A stretch of DNA of 64,000 bases from Sedimentisphaerales bacterium (GCA_049518795.1 JBEKRK010000001.1:270477-334476); one strand, 5' to 3'; counted from the stretch's first letter, positions 42,409 through 54,253 are shown. Notes: generated from the sequence alone by a model not told the origin. Numbers and translations: made by a program.

Positions 42409-42607
42409 ATTACCACTACTTTATATACTACGTTTAGCGAGATATATAATCAATCTAAAAAAGAAAAAAATTGTTAAAATTTTGTTAGTCCTTGTAAATC
42501 CTGCACCTGCGCTAATTTTTTTCGTTTAAAACCTGATAAAATTATCACAATATTTCTAGGGCAAAAAAAATTGTTTTATATCGTCTTTTTGGTTTAAAAT
42601 AAGGTCA

Positions 42608-43948
42608 ATGAAGAAGCAAGATTTATCGGACGTTGTTGACGGGATTCGAAAGGCCATAAAAGACTTTCCGACGGGACCCGGGCTGTATTTTATGAAGGAT
42701 TCCAAAGGCACTGTCCTTTATATTGGCAAGGCCGGCAATCTTCGCTCGCGGGTTGCAAGTTATTTTCAGCCTGCTGCGGATATAATTTCTTCACGTGGTC
42801 CGCGGATAGCTGAAATGCTTACGAAGGTCAGGATAGTTGATTATCTTGAAACGAAAAGCGAGGTTGACGCTTGTTTGCAAGAAGCCCGGCTGATAAAAGA
42901 CATTCGTCCGCCGTATAACGCAGATTTAACAGATGACAAGACGTTTCCATATCTTGAAATAACAATTCGCGATGAATTTCCTGCTGTTTATGTTACTCGT
43001 AAGCCAAAAACTAACAGTCGCCTGTTTGGACCGTTTGCTAATGCCGGTGATTTGCGTTCCGCAATTGTTACTTTGCAGAAGATATTTAAGTTCCGCACCT
43101 GTCGATTGGATATTTCAGCATCTGGCGACAAGCGGCGTTTTTTCAGACCCTGCATTTTATACAGCATAAAACAATGCACAGCGCCTTGCGCAGACTACAT
43201 AAGTAAAACCGATTACCGCAAAAGTATTAATGATTTGATAGTTTTTCTTAACTATAAGCGGCCAAAGGTGTTACAGCAGCTTAAAAAACAGATGGAACAG
43301 GCTGCTGCCGCCTTTGATTATGAAAAAGCGGCAATGTATCGTGACAGGATTCGCTTGATTGAAAATCTTGATAAAAGAGGAACTGTTGCTGAAGATGTCC
43401 AGCCGGAAGTTTTTGCTGTTGAGCCGACAGAGGCTCTCGAAAAGCTACAGAAGATTTTAGATACCCCTAATCCGATTCGCGTAATGGAAGGTTTTGATAT
43501 TGCCCATATCAGCGGCTCTGAAACTGTCGGTTCGCTTGTGAGATTTATTGACGGAAGACCTTTTAAGGCTGGTTACAGGCGTTATAAAATCAAGACGGTC
43601 AGCGGAATTGACGATTATGCCTGTCTGAAGGAGGTTTTAGTCCGGCGTTTTCGCCACGCAGCAGCCGGCGAGGAGCTTTGGCCTGATTTGGTTCTGGTTG
43701 ACGGCGGCATAGGTCAGCTTCACGCGGCACAGGATGCCTTTAAGGATTTGAATGTTTTACCGCCGAAACTTGTTGCTTTAGCCAAAAAAGAAGAGATAAT
43801 TTATATTGCCGGCAGGAATGAACCTTTAAAATTGCCTGCAACCGATCCTGCCAGAAAACTATTGCAGTATGTCCGCGATGAGGCGCACCGTTTTGCTCAG
43901 CATTATCATCACATTTTAAGGAGTAAGAAGATGTTTAATGAGTCATAA
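42608..43948 (+). CDS. uvrC: UvrC-like excinuclease lacking the C-terminal (HhH)2 domain
   Basis: 446 aa. GIY-YIG (GLYFMKDSKGTVLYIGKAGNLRSRVASYF), UVR motif (FDYEKAAMYRDRIRLIENL), endonuclease domain (EGFDIAHISGSE...DDYACLKEV..RR...PDLVLVDGGIGQL...DEAHRFA). Ends shortly afterwards. Confidence 0.8.
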   Translation: MKKQDLSDVVDGIRKAIKDFPTGPGLYFMKDSKGTVLYIGKAGNLRSRVASYFQPAADIISSRGPRIAEMLTKVRIVDYLETKSEVDACLQEARLIKDIRPPYNADLTDDKTFPYLEITIRDEFPAVYVTRKPKTNSRLFGPFANAGDLRSAIVTLQKIFKFRTCRLDISASGDKRRFFRPCILYSIKQCTAPCADYISKTDYRKSINDLIVFLNYKRPKVLQQLKKQMEQAAAAFDYEKAAMYRDRIRLIENLDKRGTVAEDVQPEVFAVEPTEALEKLQKILDTPNPIRVMEGFDIAHISGSETVGSLVRFIDGRPFKAGYRRYKIKTVSGIDDYACLKEVLVRRFRHAAAGEELWPDLVLVDGGIGQLHAAQDAFKDLNVLPPKLVALAKKEEIIYIAGRNEPLKLPATDPARKLLQYVRDEAHRFAQHYHHILRSKKMFNES

Positions 43949-43972
43949 TCCGAACTTTTTAAGGAGAAATTT

Positions 43973-44470
43973 ATGACTGTAAGAACCTATATTAAGACAA
44001 TGCTGCTTGTAGGTCTGGTAACGCTTTCCATTGGGGGAATTTTACTTCATACTCGAATCCACTCTGTCAAAACCAATTATTCGAACCTTGTTCCTGCTAT
44101 TTCGTGTATTTTGAGTATTCTGGTTGTTCCGGCTCTTTTTTGTTTCAAAAAGACGATTTCTTACGGCTATGTTTTAAACGGTTTTTTAGTTATTGTCGGC
44201 ACTATCACAATGTCCCATTTTTCGATTGCTCATTGGCCGAATTCTCTGACATTGCAGGCCATTTTTATAAACACGCTGTTAGCTGATATATTGATTTTGT
44301 GGGGCAAATTTTTTGTTGGGAAGTCTATCTTCGACTTGGAATTTTTCGGCTATGACGCAAACCGTGAAAAAAAGGGTGTAACTTATCGTTATCCCAATAT
44401 GGAATGGTGGCTTGTTCATCTGGTTGCTGTAAGTATCGTTTATTACATTGGTTTTATGTTGTGGAGGTAA
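43973..44470 (+). CDS. hypothetical 4-5-TM membrane protein
   Basis: 165-aa hydrophobic ORF with GGAG upstream. Confidence 0.55.
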   Translation: MTVRTYIKTMLLVGLVTLSIGGILLHTRIHSVKTNYSNLVPAISCILSILVVPALFCFKKTISYGYVLNGFLVIVGTITMSHFSIAHWPNSLTLQAIFINTLLADILILWGKFFVGKSIFDLEFFGYDANREKKGVTYRYPNMEWWLVHLVAVSIVYYIGFMLWR

Positions 44471-44472
44471 AT

Positions 44473-44568
44473 ATGAATCAGTTTAGATGGTTCACATTAA
44501 ATTGGTGGATACTTCACATTTTGGCGATAGCATTTTTCCTCTACCTCGGCCATTCAGTTCATTTTTAA
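44473..44568 (+). CDS. candidate 31-aa hydrophobic micro-protein
   Basis: ATG 7 nt after a GGAGG that lies within the end of the preceding gene. MNQFRWFTLNWWILHILAIAFFLYLGHSVHF. Below the ORF-track cutoff, read by hand. Confidence 0.35.
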   Translation: MNQFRWFTLNWWILHILAIAFFLYLGHSVHF

Positions 44569-44597
44569 TTTACTCTTTAAAAGACATCTGGTAATTA

Positions 44598-45527
44598 TTA
44601 GCGAATAAGCCACGAGCCAATGCGGAGGAGGAGTTTTTTGCCAAGACCTTTAACTACATAAGAGGTCGCCTTCATTGTATCCCGGATAATCTGATAAAAC
44701 TCTTTCTTATTGCCTGAATAATGCGGAGCAGATGAAATATTTTTCGTTTCGTCGAACCGGTACTCGTATCCTCTTATTATTGTTACAGGAATTCCTGCAT
44801 CCGTCTGGCCGAACAGCAGGGCAGACGCTGCGGTAAGCTCAAGGCCTACCATGTCGGCACCGCCGAACTTTGGTTTTCCGAATTTGTCTTTTTTGCCGAA
44901 CACTAACGGGCAGGGATCAATGCCCGCTGAGCCGACAGCGGTATCTATTGTGCCGTAAGGAACCAGTTCAGTATCAGCCAGTATGACAGCAATTTTTTTG
45001 CCGGTAATTTTTTGTATTTCTTTTCTGATTTTGGCGGCTTCGCCGTCCGGATTATCCGGAAACAGGCTGACGATTCCTTCCGGATGGTTTGAACCGTCGA
45101 TTCCTGCGTCACAGGTATGAATGCTGCCTGTTGGGCTTTGGGTAACGAAAAGACACTTTTCATTATCGCAAAGTCTTTGACTGGTTTGGGTGTCCCCTGA
45201 GGTAGCAACGATATAATCGGTTATTGCCCCGCCAAGTGGTATTACCGCGATAATCTCGTGTCCTGCATCGAGAATCATTTGGACCCAGATGGGGTCTTTG
45301 CCGGTTTTTTTTGAGATTTTAAGTGCCTTTTCGCTTATTTTTACATCTGATTTTTTTCTTGTAAGGCCAAGAGCTTTTGAAACAATTTTACTTGTCAGGA
45401 CGATAATATCTTTTTCATTTATGCCGACATTTTCATTTTTAGCGCAATCGCAGATGATTTGAGACAGATTATCGCCTGCCTTTATTTCCGGTATTGTCTG
45501 CAAACCTAAAATTTCGATTTTTTTCAT
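44598..45527 (-). CDS. CofE-like (F420-0:gamma-glutamyl ligase family) protein
   Basis: 309 aa. N-terminal IPEIKAGDNLSQII...DIIVLTSKIVSKA, CDAGIDGSN, NPDGEAAKIRKEIQKITGKKIAVILADT, LFGQTDAGIPVTIIRG. These blocks parallel archaeal CofE as I recall it. Confidence 0.55.
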   Translation of the reverse strand: MKKIEILGLQTIPEIKAGDNLSQIICDCAKNENVGINEKDIIVLTSKIVSKALGLTRKKSDVKISEKALKISKKTGKDPIWVQMILDAGHEIIAVIPLGGAITDYIVATSGDTQTSQRLCDNEKCLFVTQSPTGSIHTCDAGIDGSNHPEGIVSLFPDNPDGEAAKIRKEIQKITGKKIAVILADTELVPYGTIDTAVGSAGIDPCPLVFGKKDKFGKPKFGGADMVGLELTAASALLFGQTDAGIPVTIIRGYEYRFDETKNISSAPHYSGNKKEFYQIIRDTMKATSYVVKGLGKKLLLRIGSWLIR

Positions 45528-46591
45528 GTAATCCCTGTTAAACGAGCATTTTTACCGAACATTTTTTTATCGCTGTAATTCTTTTTGAGACGATTATAGA
45601 TTTTTTTCATTATTTGTGAAGCTTTTACTTTGCCATTTTTAGCAAGTTTTTCATTTGAGATATAAATGATGATTTTATCAGCAAGTTTTTGTTTCAGGAA
45701 CGATGTTTCAACTTTTTCTCCGCCTTCTACGAGGATCTGCTGAATATTTCTTTTTCCAAGCTCCGAAAGCACTGATTTAAGATTTATTTTTCCTTTATAT
45801 TTTCCGACTTTTACAATTTCGACGCCTTTTTGTTTTATTTTCGCGTTGTTAATTGCCGTGAAGATGCAGACAGGCGTTTTTTTTGCTGTTTTGATTAAAT
45901 TGCAGTCTAACGGGATTTTTAATTGACTGTCGAGAACAACTCTTAGTGGCTGCCTGCCTGTGTCAGGTCTTATTGTCAGCAGAGGGTTATCTTCGAGAAT
46001 TGTATTTACGCCGACAAGGATTGCCTGCACTCTTTTTCGTATTGTTTGAACATCTTTTCTGCTTTTTGAATTGGTAATCCATCGTTTTTTGTCTGTTCTT
46101 GCCAAAAAGCCGTCTTTACTTTGAGCCCATTTAATGATTACCCACGGTTTTTTTGTTTTGGCAAATTTAAAAAATGGGGCATTTAATTTTTCAGCTTCTT
46201 TTTTGCAGATACCCGTTGATATTTTTATGCCGGCTTTCTTGAGGATTTTAAAACCTTTGCCGTTGACCTTTTTTGTCGGGTCTTTTGTAGCTGCTATGAC
46301 TTGTTTTATACCTGCTTTTATAATTGCGTTTGTGCAGGGCGGCGTTTTGCCGTAATGGCAGCAGGGTTCAACAGTTACGAACATCATTGCCCCTGCAGGG
46401 GAGGTTTTGCAGCTTTTCAGGGCGTTTATTTCCGCGTGCGGAGCGCCAAATTTTTTATGCCACCCTTGGCCGATGATTTTACCATTTTTTACAATGACAC
46501 ATCCAACAGCAGGATTTGGTTCGACGCTGCCTAATCCTTTCTCAGCGAGTGCCAGAGCCAATTTCATATATTTTTTATCGACCGAATTCAT
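45524..46591 (-). CDS. ribD: bifunctional riboflavin biosynthesis deaminase/reductase
   Basis: 355 aa. HAEINAL, TVEPCCHYGKTPPC, and a C-terminal RibD_C reductase domain. Its stop overlaps the cofE-like start by 4 nt. Confidence 0.9.
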   Translation of the reverse strand: MNSVDKKYMKLALALAEKGLGSVEPNPAVGCVIVKNGKIIGQGWHKKFGAPHAEINALKSCKTSPAGAMMFVTVEPCCHYGKTPPCTNAIIKAGIKQVIAATKDPTKKVNGKGFKILKKAGIKISTGICKKEAEKLNAPFFKFAKTKKPWVIIKWAQSKDGFLARTDKKRWITNSKSRKDVQTIRKRVQAILVGVNTILEDNPLLTIRPDTGRQPLRVVLDSQLKIPLDCNLIKTAKKTPVCIFTAINNAKIKQKGVEIVKVGKYKGKINLKSVLSELGKRNIQQILVEGGEKVETSFLKQKLADKIIIYISNEKLAKNGKVKASQIMKKIYNRLKKNYSDKKMFGKNARLTGIT

Positions 46592-46600
46592 TTTAGCTTG

Positions 46601-47203
46601 CTATAGCATTCTCCCCGCGGCGATAGCCTGTTTTTTATATTTTTCGGTTAGTGGCTGGTCTTTTTCTATGGCGACACCACCCATATAAATTTTTTTAATA
46701 ACTTTTGCACCTACACATTTGGCAGCCGATTTAAGTGTAAAAAAAGTGTTTCTGAAAATAATCCGTCCGAGCCATTCGGGACAACCGCTTGAAGTAATCA
46801 GAACAGCTTTTTTTGTTAAAGTCTTCACTCTGTTTTTTGGAATATTGTTGCCCCACGGCCAGTAGCCGTAGCAGATAAGTCTTTCGATAAATCTTTTCAT
46901 AAGGGCTGTAACGTTGAACCAGTTTATAGGTGAGGCAAGGACAATCGTGTCTGCCGAATCGACTTTATTTAGTATTTGCTCCATATCGTCGTTCTGAACG
47001 CATTTATCACGGGGGTCGTCAATCTGTTTCTGACAACAGGTTCTACAGTTAGTGCAGAACTCTATATGTTTATCTAACAGATAGATTTTTTCTGTCTCTG
47101 CGCCATTAGACTTTGCCGCATTTAAAAGCTCATCTACTGCCGTATCTATTGTTTGACCTTTTCTATATGTTCCGACAATTGCGGTTATTTTCCTGTTCAC
47201 CAA
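46601..47203 (-). CDS. flavodoxin-fold NAD(P)H-dependent FMN reductase-like protein with Cys cluster
   Basis: 200 aa. ITAIVGTYRKGQT...CTNCRTCC...IVLASPINWFNVTALMKRFIERL. Confidence 0.65.
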   Translation of the reverse strand: MVNRKITAIVGTYRKGQTIDTAVDELLNAAKSNGAETEKIYLLDKHIEFCTNCRTCCQKQIDDPRDKCVQNDDMEQILNKVDSADTIVLASPINWFNVTALMKRFIERLICYGYWPWGNNIPKNRVKTLTKKAVLITSSGCPEWLGRIIFRNTFFTLKSAAKCVGAKVIKKIYMGGVAIEKDQPLTEKYKKQAIAAGRML

Positions 47204-49692
<2,489 letters not shown>

Positions 49693-49714
49693 CTGTTTTT
49701 ATAACTATTTGTAA

Positions 49715-50518
49715 TTATTTCCCTGCAGGCACAAGATATATTTCGACGCGTCTGTTCTTTGGATTACCTTTTTTGTTGGCTTCATTAGCTTCGATAGGCC
49801 TGTATTCGCCGTATCCCTTGACGCACATTCGTGTCGGTTTTATGCCGTTTGATTCCATAAGTTTTTCAACCGAGATGGCCCTGTGAACGGACAGATGCCA
49901 GTTTGTCGGGTGCATATTCATTGTTTCGGATTTTCTGATTGGAATATCGTCGGTATGGCCGACGATGGTTATATCGAAACCTTCAGCGGCAGGCGAATTG
50001 ATAATTCCGCACAGTTTCTTCATTAGCTCTGCAGCCTGCGGAGCAACTACGTCGCTGCCTTTTTCAAACAGCAGGTCGCTTTTGAATTTGACCATACCGG
50101 TTGCCTCGTCGAAGCTGACCATATCGCTGTTTTCCGCGGCGAATTTTGCCAGTTCGCTAGCAAGTTCAGGCGGAAGCACTGCGCCGCCGAGCGCCGCCTG
50201 CATTTTCTTTATCAGCTCTTCTTTTTTCGTAATATCGTCCTGCAGTGCAGCGACTTTTTTATTCAAAGCCTCGGTATCTGCCGCACAGGCCGCTTGTGCC
50301 TCGGCAAGCTGTTTTTCAGTTTGTGCAAGTTTTAATTTTGTTACATTAAGCTGGCCTTCGAGGTCGTCTATTCTTTGCTGCTGGCTGCGGTTTCGCAGCT
50401 TTAAATCATCATATTTTTCCTGGGAGGTGCATCCGCTTAAAACAAGCGCAACTGTTAAGAGAACGATAGAGGTAAAAGAAAATCTTGAAACCTGCATTTT
50501 TATGTCCTTTCCTGACAA
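49715..50518 (-). CDS. OmpA/MotB-domain lipoprotein with coiled-coil region
   Basis: 267 aa. Lipobox LSGC, heptad-rich segment, and the OmpA_C block IVGHTDDIP...NRRVEIYLV. Confidence 0.8.
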   Translation of the reverse strand: MSGKDIKMQVSRFSFTSIVLLTVALVLSGCTSQEKYDDLKLRNRSQQQRIDDLEGQLNVTKLKLAQTEKQLAEAQAACAADTEALNKKVAALQDDITKKEELIKKMQAALGGAVLPPELASELAKFAAENSDMVSFDEATGMVKFKSDLLFEKGSDVVAPQAAELMKKLCGIINSPAAEGFDITIVGHTDDIPIRKSETMNMHPTNWHLSVHRAISVEKLMESNGIKPTRMCVKGYGEYRPIEANEANKKGNPKNRRVEIYLVPAGK

Positions 50519-50616
50519 GAATAAAATCCATTATTGAACTGCAAAACGGTATTCGATAAGAATCTACCTCTGCCGGGCGGTAAAAGCCAGAAAAAAATAA
50601 TCGAAATTATTTGATT

Positions 50617-51864
50617 TTACCCTTCCTTGGCGGGGGCTTCTTTTTCCTTTTTAGCTTTTTTATCTTTTTTAACCTTTTTTTCCTTTGGCGGTTTTGGAGG
50701 CTTTGGCTTTTTTGGTCCGCCGCCGCCCATAAACAGGCTAAACAACGCGATAAGTAAGACTAATCCTGCGCAGCCGCCGATTACATACCAGATAAGAGGT
50801 TCAATTGAAGACAAAATCTTCAGATTAAGTATAGGTTTGTATCCCGATATAACCACAATAGAGGTATAAATCAATGCGGCTAAAGGCATAAAGAGTATTA
50901 TTCCGTAGGTACTGCTTGCGGCATCGGGCGGCGGCTCAGCTATATAAGCTGCGGCCATAGTTTCCGGAGTAGCGGCCTGTTCTATTGCCGGTTGAGGCTC
51001 AGTTTCTCCAAAGATTTTTTCGGCTTCTTCGGCTACCGCACCGCTTGGCGCAGCAGGTGTCTGTTCGGCGGCAGGTGCCGCCGCAGGGCTTTCAGGGTAT
51101 ATGTCATCGAGAACTGCTCCGAGTGAAGTATCGTCTGCCTGCAGAGACAGATCGAGCAGTCCGGAGCCGCTTCCGCCGATTCCTTCAAGATTCACATCAT
51201 CATCGAGTCTTGCCGCACTTGCCTCGTCTTTGCCTTTTTCATCGAGGGCCTTCGGCTTTTTTGCAACAACTTTTGTTTCTCCGCTGGTATCATCGCTTAT
51301 CTTGAATTCCGTGTCTGATTCGCCAAGGACATTAATCGATTCTCCGCTCAGGGAGATTTTACTATCGCCTGTTTTTGTGCCTGCGAGTATATCGGTGCCG
51401 CCTGCGGTAGAGCCGCTTTTCTTCGGCGGCTGGCTTGCTTTTGTATCTGTTTTTTCAAGTTCTGACAGGTCGATTTCTTCACCCTTTTTTGTCTCGGCAG
51501 GCAAAAGAGTTGTTTCGTCTTTGTTTGGCTTATCTAAAGCCTCATCGGCCAGCAATTCTCCGGTTTCATCGAGTTTGAACTTGGATTCGTTTTTTTTGTT
51601 ATTGTCTCCCATAAGCGCATCGATTTCTTCCGGCGCAAGAGACACATCGGCATTTTCATCGATGGATATTTGCAATGAATCGCTTACGACGCTGTCTCCT
51701 TTAGGCGCTGCCGCAAGAGCGTCCACGTCTTCAGTCTTGTAAAGCTGTTTTGTCCCGTCTCGGAATTCCCTCAGTTTGCCTTCCCGGACGAGCACCTTGA
51801 TTTCCGGCTCGGTTTTGCCTAATTTCGTAAGGACTTCCTGCAATGTGTAAAACATTCCAGCCAT
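50617..51864 (-). CDS. HTH (excisionase/MerR-like) - acidic disordered - 2xTM - polylysine-tail protein
   Basis: 415 aa. N-terminal MFYTLQEVLTKLGKTEPEIKVLVREGKLREFRDG, a long D/E/T/S-rich middle, two TM helices near the C-terminus, and the tail PKKPKPPKPPKEKKVKKDKKAKKEKE. Confidence 0.6.
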   Translation of the reverse strand: MAGMFYTLQEVLTKLGKTEPEIKVLVREGKLREFRDGTKQLYKTEDVDALAAAPKGDSVVSDSLQISIDENADVSLAPEEIDALMGDNNKKNESKFKLDETGELLADEALDKPNKDETTLLPAETKKGEEIDLSELEKTDTKASQPPKKSGSTAGGTDILAGTKTGDSKISLSGESINVLGESDTEFKISDDTSGETKVVAKKPKALDEKGKDEASAARLDDDVNLEGIGGSGSGLLDLSLQADDTSLGAVLDDIYPESPAAAPAAEQTPAAPSGAVAEEAEKIFGETEPQPAIEQAATPETMAAAYIAEPPPDAASSTYGIILFMPLAALIYTSIVVISGYKPILNLKILSSIEPLIWYVIGGCAGLVLLIALFSLFMGGGGPKKPKPPKPPKEKKVKKDKKAKKEKEAPAKEG

Positions 51865-51995
51865 ATTTTTTTCCCGAATGGTTAAATATTTTAATTATAA
51901 ATTCGCTATATTACGTTAATTATAGCTTTTTGCCTGAGTTGTTCAAGTTTATTTATTTTTTGTGCAAGTCTAAGCAACAACAAGACTTGCGAAAA

Positions 51996-52586
51996 TTAAG
52001 TATGGCCGCATTTCTGCACTTTTTTTATCATCTTTTCGAGTAATTCCATACTTAAACCCATTACATTACTTTCACTTCCCTTTATATGTTCGATGAATTT
52101 ATCGCCGCCTTGCTGGATTGCGTAGGCGCCGGCCTTGCCTTGCCAGATTCCCGAAGCAATATGTTTTTCGATTTCTTTTTCGCTCATTTTTACAGGATAA
52201 ACAATAGTCGTATCGTAATCGACAATTTCCAGCCCGGCGTTTTTCTTGACGATGGCGATGCCGGTGATTATTTTATGCGGTTTGCTGAATAATTTTCTTG
52301 TTATCTGCTCAGCGTCTTTTGCGTTTTTTGCCTTTCCGATAATTTCTCCGTCGAAATCAGCGATAGTGTCGGCGCCGATAATTATTTTATCAGGGAATTT
52401 TTTTGCTATATCGTTTGCCTTTGCAAGTGCCGCCGCGCAGGCAAATTTAATTGGCGTTTTTTCTTTGTTTTTCGATTCGTCGATGTTTGATATGACTATA
52501 TCAAACTTGTAACCCGCTTTTTCTAAAAGCTCTTTTCTTCGCGGCGAAGCAGATGCAAGAATAAAATGGAATTTTTCTTCAGGCAT
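51996..52586 (-). CDS. maf: Maf-family nucleoside triphosphate pyrophosphatase
   Basis: 196 aa. ILASASPRRKELL...GADT...GKAGAYAIQ. Confidence 0.9.
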   Translation of the reverse strand: MPEEKFHFILASASPRRKELLEKAGYKFDIVISNIDESKNKEKTPIKFACAAALAKANDIAKKFPDKIIIGADTIADFDGEIIGKAKNAKDAEQITRKLFSKPHKIITGIAIVKKNAGLEIVDYDTTIVYPVKMSEKEIEKHIASGIWQGKAGAYAIQQGGDKFIEHIKGSESNVMGLSMELLEKMIKKVQKCGHT

Positions 52587-52598
52587 AATAATAAATAA

Positions 52599-53642
52599 TT
52601 ATTTTACTCTAATGTAATAAACTATTTTTCTACAGAATGCCTGATATTCAGGTTCGATTTGTTCGATATTTTCGCCGATATAGATATCGAAAAGTTTTTG
52701 AGCGATATATCTGTTCCATTGCACCGTTAGCGGGATATTTCTGTCGGATGCCATTTTCACCTCGGTTTCATCCAACGGCCATTTTCCATCCAATGCCCCA
52801 AGCAGCATTTGCTGATAATTCGGCAGTCTTTTTCCATATCCTTCTTCTCTCAAAAATCTCACAAGTGCGTAAGCCTGTGCGTAAAAGGCCATAACAGCGT
52901 TGTCCGCTTGTTCCCACATTACCACTTCTCCCGGGTTCACGGATATTAATTCGCGCAGCCTGATTAGATGGTTGTTTTCCAGGGTAAGTTTAAGCGCTCC
53001 GAGTCTTTGCAGGTTTTTCGCCGGGTTGAATACAAATTGTCCGTTATCGAATTCGCTCTGCTCAAACAATTGTGCGATTCCTTCATCCAGCCAGCTTGGC
53101 AGCCGGTATTTAAAAAATTTGTTACAGAACTGGTGCCATCCTTCGTGTCCGAGGACGCTGAATGTTCTTGTTCTGCCTATATTATACGCAACGCAGGCGC
53201 CGTTCAGATAGTATGCGCCTTTTTTAATTTTCATATATAACTGCCACTGCTCGCCGGCGAATGTTTTCGTGAACGCTTCCCATTGCTGCCGGTCTTTGAA
53301 GAGATACAGGGAGAATTTATCTTCGCTTTTCACAGCCACGGGAAGCTGGCTCTGGTATTGTTTCCAGGCAGCCTCCACAAACGCCGGCACTTGTTTGAGC
53401 ATCAAGGGTTCTAACAATGTTGTGTAAACGCGATAGTGTTGTGTTTCAATTATTAATCCATCGCTGTATGGATTGTCCCATTTTTCAACCTTTTGCACCG
53501 CAGGCAGGGGAGCGACATATTGAATTATACCCTCTATGCTTGATAATGATGCCGTTGCATTTTGCGGTTCTGTTTTTTTTGCTGTCCCTGTATTGCATCC
53601 GATGAGGATTATGATAATTATTAAAAATATTTTTTTTGTCAT
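52599..53642 (-). CDS. lipoprotein with HExxH motif (DUF1570-like putative metallopeptidase)
   Basis: 347 aa. Lipobox-like LIGCN. VLGHEGWHQF contains HExxH. Confidence 0.5.
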   Translation of the reverse strand: MTKKIFLIIIIILIGCNTGTAKKTEPQNATASLSSIEGIIQYVAPLPAVQKVEKWDNPYSDGLIIETQHYRVYTTLLEPLMLKQVPAFVEAAWKQYQSQLPVAVKSEDKFSLYLFKDRQQWEAFTKTFAGEQWQLYMKIKKGAYYLNGACVAYNIGRTRTFSVLGHEGWHQFCNKFFKYRLPSWLDEGIAQLFEQSEFDNGQFVFNPAKNLQRLGALKLTLENNHLIRLRELISVNPGEVVMWEQADNAVMAFYAQAYALVRFLREEGYGKRLPNYQQMLLGALDGKWPLDETEVKMASDRNIPLTVQWNRYIAQKLFDIYIGENIEQIEPEYQAFCRKIVYYIRVK

Positions 53643-53701
53643 ATTAAATTTTCATCTTTTCCTGATACCCTGCACCTTGGTTTCCTGATAACCTAATTTC
53701 C

Positions 53702-54253
53702 TTAATGACGTTCTTCTATTATTTCCGCAGTGAACAGATACACTTCTGTATTTTTATCTTTCCATGCGTCCGGCGATAATCCCGCTTTATGACTGCAGCA
53801 GTAAGACAGGAATTCTTCCTTGCTCCATCCTGTTTCAGTCGCGACCTGCGGCAGGAAACAGCCGCTTGCGTAGCCTTTCTTAATATATATACCATCTATA
53901 CCGAGCCGAAGGCTCAAAGAGTCGTTGGTTCTTTTTAAAGGCGACAAAACCGATATTTCAATATCGAGGTCTTTTACCTCTTTTGGCGTAATTGGGTCGT
54001 GCAGAAATCTTGGGTCGCCCGTTGCCGAAGCGACAGCCATATCGCTGACCAATTCGATAAGCGGTTTATCGGAGATAAATTGACCTATACATCCGCGAAG
54101 CTCATCTTTGTTTTTCAATGTAACAAAACAGCCGCAATGTGCGTTTAGTTCCGGCTCGCTGGTTTTGACTTTTTGAGGGCGCCCACCGTTGATAACGGTT
54201 TCGATTGTCTGGCGAGCAACTTTGAGAAGCGTTTGTTTCAAGGCTTCATTCAT
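53702..54253 (-). CDS. AMMECR1-domain protein (AmmeMemoRadiSam system protein A type)
   Basis: 183 aa. GCFVTLKNKDELRGCIG and ...GLSPDAW... Confidence 0.8.
   Translation of the reverse strand: MNEALKQTLLKVARQTIETVINGGRPQKVKTSEPELNAHCGCFVTLKNKDELRGCIGQFISDKPLIELVSDMAVASATGDPRFLHDPITPKEVKDLDIEISVLSPLKRTNDSLSLRLGIDGIYIKKGYASGCFLPQVATETGWSKEEFLSYCCSHKAGLSPDAWKDKNTEVYLFTAEIIEERH

Noticed and set aside
49965-51742. Long plus-strand ORFs (49965..50537, 50985..51305, 51101..51742) rich in Ser/Ala/Phe.
   Set aside because: They are antisense to the OmpA-like gene and the acidic low-complexity gene. The open frames are a by-product of biased codon composition.
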